Shown here: positions 34,789 through 44,368 of the stretch, one piece after another
Position numbering within the stretch: position 1 is the stretch's first letter
How the letters are laid out: each line of letters starts with the position of its first letter
Source of the DNA: an uncultured bacterium
Lineage (GTDB): Bacteria; Krumholzibacteriota; Krumholzibacteriia; LZORAL124-64-63
Length of the DNA stretch: 64,000 nucleotides
Direction of reading: 5' to 3'
Assembly (NCBI GenBank): GCA_963727525.1
Contig: CAVSGO010000007.1
Span: forward strand, 2,176,001-2,240,000
Made by a program: the position numbers and the translations under genes
The notes under the pieces: model-generated
What the model was told of the DNA's origin: nothing
Seen by the model: only the letters and a program-made list of their open reading frames with translations
Databases searched by the model: none

Positions 34789-36354
34789 ATGACCCCGCAG
34801 GCCCACCCGCGGCTCGTTCTTTGCATTCTCGACGGTTTCGGCCATCGCGAGGCCGACGAGGGCAATGCGATCCGCGCCGCGCGGCCCGCGTTCTACGATT
34901 CGCTACTGGCCACCTACCCTCACACGCTGCTCGAGGCGAGCGGCCTCGCGGTCGGGTTGCCGGAAGGGCAGATGGGCAACAGCGAGGTCGGCCATGTGAC
35001 GATCGGCGCGGGTCGTGTCGTCGACCAGGAACTCGACCGCATCACCAAGAGCTTCGCCCGCGGCACATTCGGCGAACGGCCCGCGTGGCGAGCGTTCGCG
35101 CGCGACGGCCTCGCCGACACGGGCCGGCTCCACCTCATTGGGCTGGTCTCGCCCGGCGGTATCCACTCGCACACCGATCACCTGTACGGCATCATCGATC
35201 AGGCACGGCGCGATGGGTATCGCGAGATCTTCCTGCACGTGCTGCTCGACGGCCGCGACACCGATCCCCACGGCGGCCTCGGCTACGTGCGAAACCTGCT
35301 CGCCCGGATCACCACCATCGGCGCCGGCCAGGTCGCCACGGTCATGGGACGCTACTGGGGCATGGACCGGGACAAGCGATGGAATCGTACCGCGCGCGCC
35401 TGGAACGCCATTGTCGACGGGCATGGCCTGGCAAGTCCGGATCCGCTCGGCGCCATCGCCGCGAGCTACGACCGCAATATCAGCGACGAGTTCGTGGAAC
35501 CCGTCGTGATGGTGCGCGATGATGGCCGGCCGGTGGGCGAGGTGCACGACGGCGACAGCGTCTTCTTCTGGAACTTCCGCGCCGATCGCGCGCGTCAGCT
35601 CACCTGGGCGTTCATGGAACCCGCCTTCGCCGGCTGGGCGATCTCACGCCGCCCGCGCGTGCACTTCCTGACGATGACGCCCTACGATGCGCGGCTCCCG
35701 CACGTGCCGGCGGTGTTCGCGCCCGAGATACCGGTGAACGGGCTGGCCGAGGTCTTCGCCCGGCATGGCATCCGCAATCTGCGTACCGCCGAGACCGAGA
35801 AGTACGCCCACGTCACCACCTTCTTCAACGGCGGGCGCGAGGAACCCCTGCCGCACGAGGTGCGCAAGCTCGTGTCGTCGCCGAAGGTGGCCACCTACGA
35901 TCTCAAGCCTGAAATGAGCGCCTCCGAGGTGGCCGACGTCGTGCGGCGCGCCACGCGCTCCCACGACTACCACGTCGTCATCGTCAACTTCGCCAACGCC
36001 GACATGGTGGGACACACCGGCGTGTTCCCGGCCGCGGTGCAGGCGGTGCGAACGGTCGACCGCCTGCTCAGCGAGATCGTGCCCCCGAGCCTCGCCGCGG
36101 GCACCACGTGGATCATCACGGCCGACCACGGCAACTGCGATGAGATGGTCGACGGGGCGGGCCATGTGCTCACCCAGCACTCGCTGAGCCAGGTGCCTTT
36201 TATCGTGGCCGACGCCAGGCTCGCCGGCGATCACGACAGGATCGCTCCCGGTTCCCACAGCCTCGCCGACATCGCGCCGACGATCCTGCAACTGCTCGGC
36301 ATCCCTCAACCCGCCGAGATGACCGGACGCTCCATCCTCATAGGGGAACAATAG
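34789..36354 (+). CDS. gpmI: 2,3-bisphosphoglycerate-independent phosphoglycerate mutase
   Basis: LCILDGFG, GQMGNSEVGH, DGRD, GRYW.MDRD, NFRADR, AETEKYAHVT, NADMVGHTG, TADHGN. Confidence 0.97.
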   Translation: MTPQAHPRLVLCILDGFGHREADEGNAIRAARPAFYDSLLATYPHTLLEASGLAVGLPEGQMGNSEVGHVTIGAGRVVDQELDRITKSFARGTFGERPAWRAFARDGLADTGRLHLIGLVSPGGIHSHTDHLYGIIDQARRDGYREIFLHVLLDGRDTDPHGGLGYVRNLLARITTIGAGQVATVMGRYWGMDRDKRWNRTARAWNAIVDGHGLASPDPLGAIAASYDRNISDEFVEPVVMVRDDGRPVGEVHDGDSVFFWNFRADRARQLTWAFMEPAFAGWAISRRPRVHFLTMTPYDARLPHVPAVFAPEIPVNGLAEVFARHGIRNLRTAETEKYAHVTTFFNGGREEPLPHEVRKLVSSPKVATYDLKPEMSASEVADVVRRATRSHDYHVVIVNFANADMVGHTGVFPAAVQAVRTVDRLLSEIVPPSLAAGTTWIITADHGNCDEMVDGAGHVLTQHSLSQVPFIVADARLAGDHDRIAPGSHSLADIAPTILQLLGIPQPAEMTGRSILIGEQ

Positions 36355-36408
36355 TTATCCAGTTTGACGATTTTTTAACCTGGGGCCATGGAATTCCGCG
36401 GCGCCTTG

Positions 36409-36417
36409 TGCTATAAT
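36409..36417 (+). promoter_or_regulatory. Extended -10 promoter element
   Basis: TGcTATAAT upstream of ORF 36541. Confidence 0.55.
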
Positions 36418-36540
36418 GCGGCCGCTCGAACATGGATTCTTGCGATGACGCGCCGGACACGAGGCCGGCGTCTCGCGTCTCGGTTCACCCGGGCCATCCG
36501 GCTGGTGAACGCGAACCCCTGAGCCAAGGAGAACTCGAGG

Positions 36541-38493
36541 ATGAAGACGCTCAAGACCTGCGTCGCGATGGCCATGGTCCTGGCCGTGGCCGGCCTGGCT
36601 GCTGCGCAGACCATCGACGACATCCAGTACTACGATCCCGCGACCGGCGCGCCGGCCAGTCCCTACGACGGCCAGACCGTCACGGTGAACGGCACCGTGT
36701 ACGTGGTCGCCGGCACCTACAACAGCGGCACCCACTACATCCAGGGCGCCACGGGCGGCATCCAGTTCTTCGCATCGGGCACCGGCCTCACCATCGGCGA
36801 CCAGGTCGAGGTCACCGGCACGGTGAGTGCGTTCAGCGGCGAACTCCAGATCGCCTCGCCGAGCATCACGACGACGGGCCACACCGTCGAGCCCACGCCC
36901 GTCCAGACGACGCCCTCGGGCATCTTGCAGTCGGCCGAGCCCTACGAGTTCATCGGCAGCTTCGCCGCTGTCGTGGGCGAGATCGCCACGAAGTCGGCGA
37001 GCCAGTTCACGATCATGGACGAGGGTGGCGGCACCGACTCGCTGATCGTCTACATTGACTCCGACACCGGCATCAACATCGACGATGTCGCCGTGGGCGA
37101 CATCTACATGGTGAAGACCCCGGTCACGAACTTCAACGGCCTCATCGAGCTGAAGCCTCGTCAGCAGAGCGACCTCGTCGAGAACCCCGGTGGCGACACC
37201 GTGCCCGTGATCCAAGGCGTCAACCTGGACAACTGGGTGCCCCTGAGCAGTACGCCGATCGCGGTGAGCGCGCAGATCACGGACAACAGCGCGGTCGCCA
37301 GCGCCAGTGTGTACTATCGCAACAACAACACCGACGGGAACACGCCGAGTGCCTGGATGAACGCGGCCATGACCCATGGCGCCGGCGACACCTGGTCCGG
37401 CACCATCCCGGCGCCGCACAGCCTCGATCGCATCGACTTCTACCTCTCCGCGACCGACGACGGCAACCAGACGGTGTACAACCCCGGTAGCGCACCCACG
37501 ACGTTCCGCCAGTGCGCCATCGGCCTGAAGACGATCTACCAGCTCCAGTACGTCAACCCGGACAGCTCCAGCCAGGACAGCCCGTACCTCAACAAGGTCA
37601 TCAACGTCAAGGGCGTGGTGACGGCTGGCACCAACGACGTGGGCGCCCCGAGCAAGTTCGTCATCGAGGCACAGGATCCCGGCCCGTACGGCGGCTACCG
37701 CTACGGCGGCGTGCTCGTCTACGAGGGCACGGCGCAGTACGAGTACTATCGCGGTGACGTGGTCGAGGTGGGCGGCTTCGTCGACGAGTACAACTTCCTC
37801 ACCGAGCTGCAGCCGCACAACGGCAGCGCCGTGAACCTGGTGGGCTTCGGGGCCGAGCTGCCGCCGGCTGAGCGCGCGCACACGCGCGTCCTCGCCGATG
37901 ACGTGCTCACCGACGGCAACGGCCGTCTGGCCGAAGCTTACGAGATGGTGTGGGTCAAGACCTACGCGTCCGTCGTACTCGACACGCTGGGCTTCGGATC
38001 CTACATCATCAGCGACACCGGCGCCCGCCCGGACTCGTGCGTCGTCGAGCCCTACGTGGACCTCACGTACCAACCCACCCTGGGCGACGTGATCTACGCC
38101 GAGGGCTTCATGAACTACCAGTTCGGCGAGCCCCAGATCGTGCCCATCAGCGACGAGTTCATCACTCTGACGGGTTGGGTGGGCGTCGAGGACGACACCC
38201 CGACCGTGCTGCCGGCCGGCGGCTTCAAATCGGTGTACCCGAACCCGTTCAACCCGATGGCGAAGATCAGCTTCGTGCTCAACCGCGACAACCTCACACA
38301 GCTGAACATCTACAACATCAGGGGTGAGCTGGTGCGCAGCCTCGTGAACGAGCCCCTGCGCATGGGCGACTACACCTTCACCTGGGACGGCACCGACGTG
38401 AACGGCCATGCCATGGCGAGCGGCCAGTACTTCGCCCGCCTGCGTATCGGCAAGACCGTGTACCAGGTGCGCAAGCTGAGTCTGGTGAAGTAA
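36541..38493 (+). CDS. Secreted multi-OB-fold protein with FlgD-Ig/T9SS-like CTD
   Basis: TI.DIQ..SPY.GQTVTV.G.V and TIYQLQ..SPYLNKVINVKGVVT repeats, GD.VEV.G.V, ELKPRQQSD; C-terminal YPNPFNP..KLSLVK. Confidence 0.85.
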   Translation: MKTLKTCVAMAMVLAVAGLAAAQTIDDIQYYDPATGAPASPYDGQTVTVNGTVYVVAGTYNSGTHYIQGATGGIQFFASGTGLTIGDQVEVTGTVSAFSGELQIASPSITTTGHTVEPTPVQTTPSGILQSAEPYEFIGSFAAVVGEIATKSASQFTIMDEGGGTDSLIVYIDSDTGINIDDVAVGDIYMVKTPVTNFNGLIELKPRQQSDLVENPGGDTVPVIQGVNLDNWVPLSSTPIAVSAQITDNSAVASASVYYRNNNTDGNTPSAWMNAAMTHGAGDTWSGTIPAPHSLDRIDFYLSATDDGNQTVYNPGSAPTTFRQCAIGLKTIYQLQYVNPDSSSQDSPYLNKVINVKGVVTAGTNDVGAPSKFVIEAQDPGPYGGYRYGGVLVYEGTAQYEYYRGDVVEVGGFVDEYNFLTELQPHNGSAVNLVGFGAELPPAERAHTRVLADDVLTDGNGRLAEAYEMVWVKTYASVVLDTLGFGSYIISDTGARPDSCVVEPYVDLTYQPTLGDVIYAEGFMNYQFGEPQIVPISDEFITLTGWVGVEDDTPTVLPAGGFKSVYPNPFNPMAKISFVLNRDNLTQLNIYNIRGELVRSLVNEPLRMGDYTFTWDGTDVNGHAMASGQYFARLRIGKTVYQVRKLSLVK

Positions 38494-38515
38494 TATTCCG
38501 AACGGACGAGCAACG

Positions 38516-38546
38516 AGGGCCCCGGCGCGAGTCGGGGCCCTTCTTT
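38516..38546 (+). terminator. Intrinsic terminator
   Basis: AGGGCCCCGG-cgcgag-TCGGGGCCCT followed by TCTTT. Confidence 0.75.
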
Positions 38547-38670
38547 GTCCCCACCAGCTCGATTTCGGCCTGGCCCGGATACGCAGACGCGCCTAGCATG
38601 AGGGGCGAATAAGTCGGCTTCGCCGCGAGTAGATGCGGGACCGACGCTCACCGATTTCACGGAGGCCCTC

Positions 38671-39267
38671 ATGAAGAAGTGGATTCCTCTACTCGTCATT
38701 CTCGGCGTCATCGTCGTGATCGGGCTGGCCGCCGCCGGCCAATACAACCGCCTCGTCTCGCTCCAGGAAGGCGTCGACAGCCAGTGGGGCAACGTGGAGA
38801 ACGTGTACCAGCGGCGCGCCGACCTCATCCCCAACCTCGTGGAGACGGTGAAGGGCTATGCGTCGCACGAGCGGGAGACGCTGGAAGCCGTGATCAAGGC
38901 ACGCGCTTCGGCCACCGCGGTGCAGGCCGAGCTGACGCCCGAGACGCTGAACGATCCCCAGCTCATGCAGAAGTTCCAGGCGGCGCAGGGCGAACTGTCG
39001 TCGGCCCTTTCGCGCCTCATGGTCGTCGTGGAGCAGTATCCTGACCTGAAAGCCAACGAGAACTTCCGCGACCTGCAGGCCCAGCTCGAGGGCACCGAAA
39101 ATCGCATTGCCGTGGAGCGGCGACGCTTCAACGAGACGGCGCAGGCGTACAACACGGCCATCCGTCGTTTCCCGGCTGCCCTGTTCGCCGGCATGTTCGG
39201 CTTCGACAAGAAGGCCTACTTCGCAGCCGCCGAGGGGGCCGAGCAGGCCCCGGCGGTGAAATTCTAG
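38671..39267 (+). CDS. lemA: LemA family protein
   Basis: YN.LV, YQRRADLIPNLVETVKGY, E.YPDLKAN.NF, LEGTENRIAVERRRFN. Confidence 0.96.
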   Translation: MKKWIPLLVILGVIVVIGLAAAGQYNRLVSLQEGVDSQWGNVENVYQRRADLIPNLVETVKGYASHERETLEAVIKARASATAVQAELTPETLNDPQLMQKFQAAQGELSSALSRLMVVVEQYPDLKANENFRDLQAQLEGTENRIAVERRRFNETAQAYNTAIRRFPAALFAGMFGFDKKAYFAAAEGAEQAPAVKF

Positions 39268-40025
39268 TGCGGCGCCTGCGGCACGCGCTGGTCGCGATGC
39301 TGGTCGTGATGGCCGGCGTCGCGATCGTGTATGCCGAAACGGCGCTACCGCCCCCGCCGACGCGCCACTTCGACGATGAGATGGGCATCGTTCCCACCGG
39401 CGAAGCCACCGCGTTCGCCGATGCACTGTACGCTTTCGAACAAAGCACCGGCATCCAGTTCGTGGTGGCCGTGCTGCCACGCCACGATGGCGCGCTCGAT
39501 GACTATGTCAACCGCCTCTACGAACACTGGCGCATCGGCAAGGCCGGCGCGGACCGCGGTGTGCTCTTCGTGGTCTTTCCGCAGCAGAAGCAGACACGTA
39601 TCGAGGTAGGCTACGGCCTGGAAGCGAGCCTCACCGATGTCCAGTCGAGCCGGATCCTGCGGAAGATGCTGACGATCCCCCGTGCGCCTGCGGCGCGGCG
39701 CTTCGAGTACGTGATCCAGCAGGTGGCGCGCGCGGTGGCGCCGGACGATCCCCTGGCCCAGGCGCTCCCGGCTGCCGAGAACGCGCACTCGAGCGGCGCC
39801 GGAGCCGCGGGCCTCGGCGTCATGATCTTCCTCCTGCTCTTCTTCGTCGTCATACCGATACTGCGGGGTTTCGTGGGGGCGTCGCAGATCTCGTCGGACG
39901 GGCGCCGGCGCCATTCCACGGGCTTCTGGGGCGGCTTCGGCGGCGGGGGCGGCTTCGGAGGGGGCGGCGGGTTCTCCGGCGGCGGCGGCATGTCCGGCGG
40001 CGGCGGCGCGAGCGGAGGCTGGTAA
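39267..40025 (+). CDS. TPM-domain protein (YgcG-like) with Gly-rich tail
   Basis: W.IG....DRGVL, RIEVGYGLE..LTD, TM helix, GGGFSGGGG.SGGGGASGGW. Confidence 0.92.
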   Translation: MRRLRHALVAMLVVMAGVAIVYAETALPPPPTRHFDDEMGIVPTGEATAFADALYAFEQSTGIQFVVAVLPRHDGALDDYVNRLYEHWRIGKAGADRGVLFVVFPQQKQTRIEVGYGLEASLTDVQSSRILRKMLTIPRAPAARRFEYVIQQVARAVAPDDPLAQALPAAENAHSSGAGAAGLGVMIFLLLFFVVIPILRGFVGASQISSDGRRRHSTGFWGGFGGGGGFGGGGGFSGGGGMSGGGGASGGW

Positions 40026-40027
40026 CC

Positions 40028-40480
40028 ATGTCCGGACGCAGTACGATTCCACGACAGTATTTCGGTGACGGCGAACGCACGCGCATCGTCGCGGCCATCC
40101 AGGCCGCCGAGAGGCGCACGAGCGGGGAGATCCGGGTGCACATCGAGCGCGAGGTGCCGCTTGGCGGCGACGCCTATGCTCATGCGCGCGAGGTCTTCGC
40201 CCGGCTCGGCATGCACGCGACCGCAGCTCGCAATGGCGTGCTCATCTACCTTGCGGTCAAGGCGCGGCGCTTCGCCGTCGTCGGTGACGAGGGGCTGCAC
40301 ACCCACGTTGGCGACGCGTTCTGGAGCGAGACCCGCGACGTCATCGGCGCCGCATTCGCTGACGACCGCCCGGTGGAGGGAATCGAGGCGGCCATCAGCC
40401 GCATCGGCGAGCGCCTGCGCGAGCACTTCCCCGTCGCCGACGACGACGTGAACGAATTGCCCGACGACATCTCGTACTGA
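40028..40480 (+). CDS. TPM-domain protein
   Basis: AI..AE.RTSGEIRVH, RNGVLIY, VGD.G, NELPDDI. Confidence 0.92.
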   Translation: MSGRSTIPRQYFGDGERTRIVAAIQAAERRTSGEIRVHIEREVPLGGDAYAHAREVFARLGMHATAARNGVLIYLAVKARRFAVVGDEGLHTHVGDAFWSETRDVIGAAFADDRPVEGIEAAISRIGERLREHFPVADDDVNELPDDISY

Positions 40481-40547
40481 TCGCACGCAACCTCGACACC
40501 CTCGCCGGCGTCGACGATGGCGGTTCCCAGCCCGAGGAGGCCTCCCC

Positions 40548-42290
40548 ATGTCATCCCGGAGTTTCGGACACCGGCTGCTCCAGTCGGTGCTGCTCAGCCT
40601 GATCACGCTGGCGATCGTGGTGCTAGTCGTGGCCGGTGGCGCCGCCCTGGCGTTCAACCGGAAACCGCCCATCGAGAAGGGATCGTGGCTCGTGATCGAC
40701 CTCTACGGCACGGTCCACGAGTACGCGCCGCCCAGCGGCGTGTTGGGTTCCGTCCTGGGCGATGACGCCCTGGTCCTGCAGGATATCGTCGACGGCCTGC
40801 ACAAGGCCGCCCGCGACGACCGCATCGCCGGCGTCCTCTGGAAGCTCTCGGCCAGCAACAGCGCGGGCCTCGCCAAGCTCGAGGAGATGCGCGCCGCCAC
40901 CGCCGACGTGCGCGCCGCCGGCAAGCCGGTGATCGCCTGGGGCGACAACCTCGACCTGCGCACGCTCTACCTGGCGTCGGCCTGCGAGAAGGTGGTGATG
41001 CCGCCGGCGGGCTACTGCGAGTTCAAGGGCCTGGCCACGCAGGCGCAGTTCTTCCGCGCGATGCTCGACAAGCTGGGCGTGGTGCCTCACATCAGCAAGA
41101 TCCGCGAGTACAAGGCCGCGGCCGAGATGGTGATGGACACGCGGATGAGCGACGCCGCGCGGGCCAACCGCGCCTGGATGCTCGAGGAGTACTGGAACGA
41201 GATCATCCCCACGCTTGCACGCGAGCGCGCCATCGAGCCGGACAGCGTCACCGCGCTGATGACGCATGCGGAGTTTCTCCCCACCGAGGCCCGTGCCGCC
41301 CATCTCATCGACGACGTGAGCTACTGGCAGGAGCTGACACGCAGCCTGGCGAAGGACGACGACGAACTGCCCACCGTCTCGCAGGCGCGGTACCGCGCGG
41401 TGCCCTGGAAGACCGTGGGCGTGAAAGGTAAGGACACGATCGCGGTGATCCATGCGCAGGGCATGATCGGCGGACGCGAAAACCGCGTCGATCCCATGTT
41501 CGGCGTCATGATGGGACACGAGACCATCGTCAGCGCTCTGCATCGCGCGCGCAAGGACGACAAGGTGAAGGCCGTCGTTTTCCGCATCGACAGCGGCGGT
41601 GGCGAGAGCCTGGCCAGCGACCTCATCAGCCACGAGGTGGAGTTGACGGCGAAGGTGAAACCGGTGGTGGTGTCCATGGTCGACGTCGCCGCGTCGGGGG
41701 GCTACATGATCGCCTACAAGGCGACGAGGCTCATGGCCGACCCCATGTCGGTGACGGGCTCGATCGGTTCGATCTCCGGATTCTTCAATGCGCGCGGCCT
41801 CTACGACAAGCTCGGCATCACCAAGGACACCGTCGCACTGGGTCCCATGGCCGAGCTGGGCACCGACTACCGCGATCCCACAGCCGCCGAGTGGGCCCGC
41901 TTCACCGACAACCACGAGCGCGACTTCGACGCCTGGCTGCGCCAGGTGGCCGAGTATCGCAAGCTGCCGTACCCGCGCGCGCAGGAACTGGCGTATGGCC
42001 GCGTCTTCAGCGGTCGTCAGGCCATGGCCAACGGACTCGTGGACACCACCGGCTCGTTCTCCGACGCGGTGGCGCTGGCAGCCGGATTGGCGCGGCTACC
42101 GGCGGACAGGACGCCAAAGGTGGTGCACTTGCCGGAGCGCAAGTCGTTGCTTCAGAGTATTTTCAGCAAGGAAAAGCCCGACGCTCCCGTGGCCGCCCTT
42201 GTGCGCTGGGCCATCTACGACGTACTGCGTCAGGATGTGCGCGGCAGCGTCGCAGCGCTGGCCACGACGCCCGCGGTCGTGCATCCCTAG
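40548..42290 (+). CDS. sppA: Signal peptide peptidase SppA, long (67K-like) form
   Basis: YLASA, YKAA.E, RIDSGGG, SMVDVAASGGY, TGSIG, GRVFSG..A..NGLVD. Confidence 0.92.
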   Translation: MSSRSFGHRLLQSVLLSLITLAIVVLVVAGGAALAFNRKPPIEKGSWLVIDLYGTVHEYAPPSGVLGSVLGDDALVLQDIVDGLHKAARDDRIAGVLWKLSASNSAGLAKLEEMRAATADVRAAGKPVIAWGDNLDLRTLYLASACEKVVMPPAGYCEFKGLATQAQFFRAMLDKLGVVPHISKIREYKAAAEMVMDTRMSDAARANRAWMLEEYWNEIIPTLARERAIEPDSVTALMTHAEFLPTEARAAHLIDDVSYWQELTRSLAKDDDELPTVSQARYRAVPWKTVGVKGKDTIAVIHAQGMIGGRENRVDPMFGVMMGHETIVSALHRARKDDKVKAVVFRIDSGGGESLASDLISHEVELTAKVKPVVVSMVDVAASGGYMIAYKATRLMADPMSVTGSIGSISGFFNARGLYDKLGITKDTVALGPMAELGTDYRDPTAAEWARFTDNHERDFDAWLRQVAEYRKLPYPRAQELAYGRVFSGRQAMANGLVDTTGSFSDAVALAAGLARLPADRTPKVVHLPERKSLLQSIFSKEKPDAPVAALVRWAIYDVLRQDVRGSVAALATTPAVVHP

Positions 42291-42427
42291 CCGCATCGCG
42301 CGGACCCTGGCCGCAACCGCGCGGCCAGGGTCCTGATCTTATCCCATCGAAATTATCGAGATTCCCACCCGCCGAGTCTGTATAGTGGACGCGTACCTCG
42401 CCCACCCGGCCCGAACGAGGGAGGAAC

Positions 42428-44368
42428 ATGCCCATGCGCTACCGGGACGTCCATCTCCTTTCCGTCGACAATCCACGCTACTTCTGGCGCCAGAAGATGT
42501 CCCTGATCGACTGGTACGAGGAACCCGAGAAGGTTCTCCACGAGGACGGCGACGAGATCTACCACTGGTATCGCGGTGGCAAACTCAACACCTCGTACCT
42601 CGCCCTCGACTACCACGTCGATCACGGCCGCGCCGACCAGGTGGCGCTCTATTACGACTCCCCCGCGACCGGCGGCACCCGAAAGCGTTTCACGTTCCGC
42701 GAGCTGCGCGACGTCGTCGCTCGTTTCGCGGGCGTGCTGCAGGGGCTGGGCGTGACCAAGGGCGACCGCGTCATCATCTACATGCCGATGGTGCCCGAGG
42801 CGGTGATCGCCATGCTCGCCTGCGCGCGCCTCGGGGCGATCCACTCCGTGGTGTTCGGCGGCTTCGCGCCCCACGAGCTGGCCATCCGCATCGACGACGC
42901 GCAGCCGAAGGTCCTGGTGACGGCGAGCTGCGGCATCGAGTTCAAGAACGTCATCCCGTACAAACCGCTCGTCGACGCGGCGATCAAGCGCGCCAAGCAT
43001 CCGCCGGCCGCCACCGTCGTGTTGCAGCGTCCTCAGGCCGAGGCCGCGATGACCGACGGGCGCGATCACGACTGGGAGACGCTGATGTCCGCCGCCACGC
43101 CCGTCGACCCGGTCATCGTGGACGCATGCGATCCCCTCTACATCCTCTACACCTCCGGCACTACGGGCAAACCGAAGGGCGTGGTGCGGGACAACGGCGG
43201 CCATGCCGTCGCGCTGAAATACAGCATGAAGACGGTGTACAACGTCAACCCGGGCGAGGTGTTCTGGGCGGCGTCGGACGTGGGCTGGGTCGTGGGCCAT
43301 TCCTACATCGTGTACGGTCCGCTGATCCATGGTTGCTCCACGGTGCTCTACGAGGGCAAGCCCGTGCGCACGCCCGACGCCGGATCGTTCTGGCGCGTGA
43401 TCCAGGACTACGGCGTGAGCGCGTTCTTCACCGCACCCACCGCCTTCCGCGCCATCCGCAAGGAGGATCCCGACGCGCACCTCAAGCGCCTCTACGACAT
43501 CTCCACGCTGCGTACGCTCTTCCTCGCGGGCGAGCGCCTCGACCCGCCCACCTACGCCTGGCTGTCGCAGGTGCTCGACGTGCCCATCGTCGACCACTGG
43601 TGGCAGACGGAGACCGGCTGGCCAATCGTCGCCAATCCCATGGGCCTGGAACCGCACCGCGTGAAGTCGGGCTCGGCCACCTTCCCGGTGCCGGGTTTCA
43701 AGGTGGAAGTACTGGACGACGAGGGCGCACCCCTGCCTGCGGGCAAGACCGGCAACCTCGTGTTGCGACTGCCGCTGCCGCCCGGTTGCCTGCCCACGCT
43801 GTGGGAGGATCCCGACAACTACCGCCGGTCCTACATCTCGACCTTCGAGGGCTATTACAGCACCGCCGACGGCGGCTACATCGACGACGACGGCTACGTG
43901 TACGTCATGGGCCGCACCGACGACGTCATCAACGTGGCGGGGCACCGCCTGTCGACCGGCCAGATGGAGGAGCTGATCGGCAGCCACCCGGCCGTCGCCG
44001 AGTGCGCGGTGGTGGGCGTCGACGACGAGATCAAGGGCCAGCAACCGATCGGGCTCGTGGTGCTCAAGGACGGCGTCGACGCCGAACCGCATACCCTCGA
44101 GGCGGAGCTCGTGGCCCTCATCCGACGCGATATCGGCGCCGTGGCCACGTTCAAGAAGGCCATCGTCGTGGCGCGGCTCCCGAAGACGCGCTCGGGCAAG
44201 ATCCTGCGCCAGATGATCCGGCGCCTTGCATGGCAGGAGCAGATCGTCACACCCTCGACCATCGACGACCCGGCCATCATGGCGGAGATCCGCACCGCCC
44301 TGCGCAACCACCGCGTGGGCCAGTATGCGAACCTGCCGGTGGCCGACGAGGACGTGGAGACGCTGTAG
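42428..44368 (+). CDS. prpE: Propionyl-CoA/acetyl-CoA synthetase
   Basis: YTSGTTGKPKGVVRDNGG, SDVGWVVGHSY, YEGKP, DHWWQTETG, PKTRSGK; PrpE-like signatures, substrate not certain. Confidence 0.82.
   Translation: MPMRYRDVHLLSVDNPRYFWRQKMSLIDWYEEPEKVLHEDGDEIYHWYRGGKLNTSYLALDYHVDHGRADQVALYYDSPATGGTRKRFTFRELRDVVARFAGVLQGLGVTKGDRVIIYMPMVPEAVIAMLACARLGAIHSVVFGGFAPHELAIRIDDAQPKVLVTASCGIEFKNVIPYKPLVDAAIKRAKHPPAATVVLQRPQAEAAMTDGRDHDWETLMSAATPVDPVIVDACDPLYILYTSGTTGKPKGVVRDNGGHAVALKYSMKTVYNVNPGEVFWAASDVGWVVGHSYIVYGPLIHGCSTVLYEGKPVRTPDAGSFWRVIQDYGVSAFFTAPTAFRAIRKEDPDAHLKRLYDISTLRTLFLAGERLDPPTYAWLSQVLDVPIVDHWWQTETGWPIVANPMGLEPHRVKSGSATFPVPGFKVEVLDDEGAPLPAGKTGNLVLRLPLPPGCLPTLWEDPDNYRRSYISTFEGYYSTADGGYIDDDGYVYVMGRTDDVINVAGHRLSTGQMEELIGSHPAVAECAVVGVDDEIKGQQPIGLVVLKDGVDAEPHTLEAELVALIRRDIGAVATFKKAIVVARLPKTRSGKILRQMIRRLAWQEQIVTPSTIDDPAIMAEIRTALRNHRVGQYANLPVADEDVETL

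Noticed and set aside
39929-40022. GGC-rich low-complexity repeat
   Set aside because: Encodes the ordinary Gly-rich tail of TPM/YgcG proteins; not a CRISPR array or VNTR of note
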